A DNA stretch of 64,000 bases from Tricharina praecox (lineage: Eukaryota): positions 1-64,000 of the forward strand of contig NW_026250438.1 of the NCBI RefSeq assembly GCF_024521635.1, read 5' to 3'. Shown one piece after another: positions 63,052-64,000 of the stretch; position 1 is the first letter of the stretch, and each line of letters begins with the position of its first letter. Under the pieces are notes generated by a model. That model ran no database searches, was not told the DNA's origin, and saw only the letters and a list, made by a program, of their open reading frames with translations. The translations under genes were made by a program, and so were the position numbers.

Positions 63052-64000
63052 ATGTCCAACGACGCCCTCTTTGCCGGCTACGCTGACCAGTTTGCCGACA
63101 TCGAAGCCAGGCGCGGCATCCAAGCCGTTCACCAGGAGATGGACGATATCGCTTCGATCGAAGCACAATTCGGTGACATTGGGAAGGGAAGACGGCCTTC
63201 ACCGCCACGGCCCATCACGCTCGATATCGACGACGCACTGCTGCAACCGGCCACCCACGGAGGCTGCTCTAACAGCCCACTCAGCGGTGGGAGCTGGGCG
63301 CGCCACGATCCAATGGCGCTCAACGAGCGTGTCAATAAGCACACTACGTTCCTGAACCAGCTCGGGCAGCTGTGCGTCGAGTCGAAAGTGCGATACTGCG
63401 AGAACGAGACGTGTATGCGGAACAGGACGGAGATGGACAGCGTCGCCCCGCTGTGCGAGTGGAAGGCGTTTCGCGAATGGGCACTTACCACTACGTCCTG
63501 CCAGGCGTCGTACAGCGAGCATGACAAGAGGGCCAGGACGTACACTCACTTGCGCACCGCATGCTGTATGACCCACTGGGTTCTGTTGGGTCGCAAGCAC
63601 GATGGCCGCCCGGTCAGCCCGCAGCTCAGGGGCCGCAATGGTCGGCTGCACAAGGTGGATCTTATGGGCGTTTGCGAGGTCATCTACTGGACCTTGACGA
63701 TCCAGTCGTTCCTCGGAATGGGCGCCGTCTTCGAAGGCCGGTGGGAGCCGAACCTTTTACCGCAGCATATATTTTTCCCTGCGGTAGTCAAGGCAGCCGA
63801 GACGGCATCCGAGCAAGGGCTGTGCCCGAACCGAGTGTGGAGCCTGGCCATGGCGAGCGAGCGCCAACAACTCGATCTGCACCCGCTCATGGAAGCCATC
63901 AGGAAGCACGGATCGTTCCGCCACGCCGGACACGAGCACTGCACGGCGGGATTCTGCCATTTCACCACCATCGACAGTACCCGAATGCAGCAGCTACATA
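63052..64000 (+). CDS. N-terminal part of a probable HET-domain-family protein (runs off the window)
   Basis: Open frame from ATG 63052 (MSNDALFAGY...) to the window end, ending GLCPNRVW...RHAGHEHCTAGFCHFTTIDSTRMQQLH. This resembles the Cys/His segment preceding the HET domain in the 30.5-33.3 kb gene (GWC...DHSGCGEIVC...YHTRH). The HET core itself is not visible. Confidence 0.65.
   Translation, partial: MSNDALFAGYADQFADIEARRGIQAVHQEMDDIASIEAQFGDIGKGRRPSPPRPITLDIDDALLQPATHGGCSNSPLSGGSWARHDPMALNERVNKHTTFLNQLGQLCVESKVRYCENETCMRNRTEMDSVAPLCEWKAFREWALTTTSCQASYSEHDKRARTYTHLRTACCMTHWVLLGRKHDGRPVSPQLRGRNGRLHKVDLMGVCEVIYWTLTIQSFLGMGAVFEGRWEPNLLPQHIFFPAVVKAAETASEQGLCPNRVWSLAMASERQQLDLHPLMEAIRKHGSFRHAGHEHCTAGFCHFTTIDSTRMQQLH

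Overview
Fungal genomic DNA with short GT-AG introns and CTRAC branch points, probably from a filamentous ascomycete. It is gene-sparse, with many transposon remnants and simple repeats. I spliced the gene models by hand because the ORF track misses several. Genes found: a Q-rich hypothetical protein; a centromeric histone H3 variant (CenH3); two tandem, highly diverged alkyltransferase-like (MGMT/ATL fold) paralogs lacking the catalytic Cys, one with an in-frame stop; a SAP-like acidic protein whose 3' exons arose by exon+intron duplication; an aldo-keto reductase; two paralogous secreted six-Cys beta/gamma-crystallin-like proteins; a HET-domain gene plus a second HET-like gene cut by the window end; two His-rich 'allergen-like' genes; an MBOAT acyltransferase; a CBM1-tyrosinase fusion; a probably GPI-anchored PEBP; and a single-pass membrane protein. 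Mobile DNA comprises a solo LTR with a 4-bp TSD, a hAT-type MITE with an 8-bp TSD, a Tc1/mariner-type MITE with a TA TSD and a Ty3/Gypsy RNase H fragment. All family calls come from motif recognition by eye; no database search was run.
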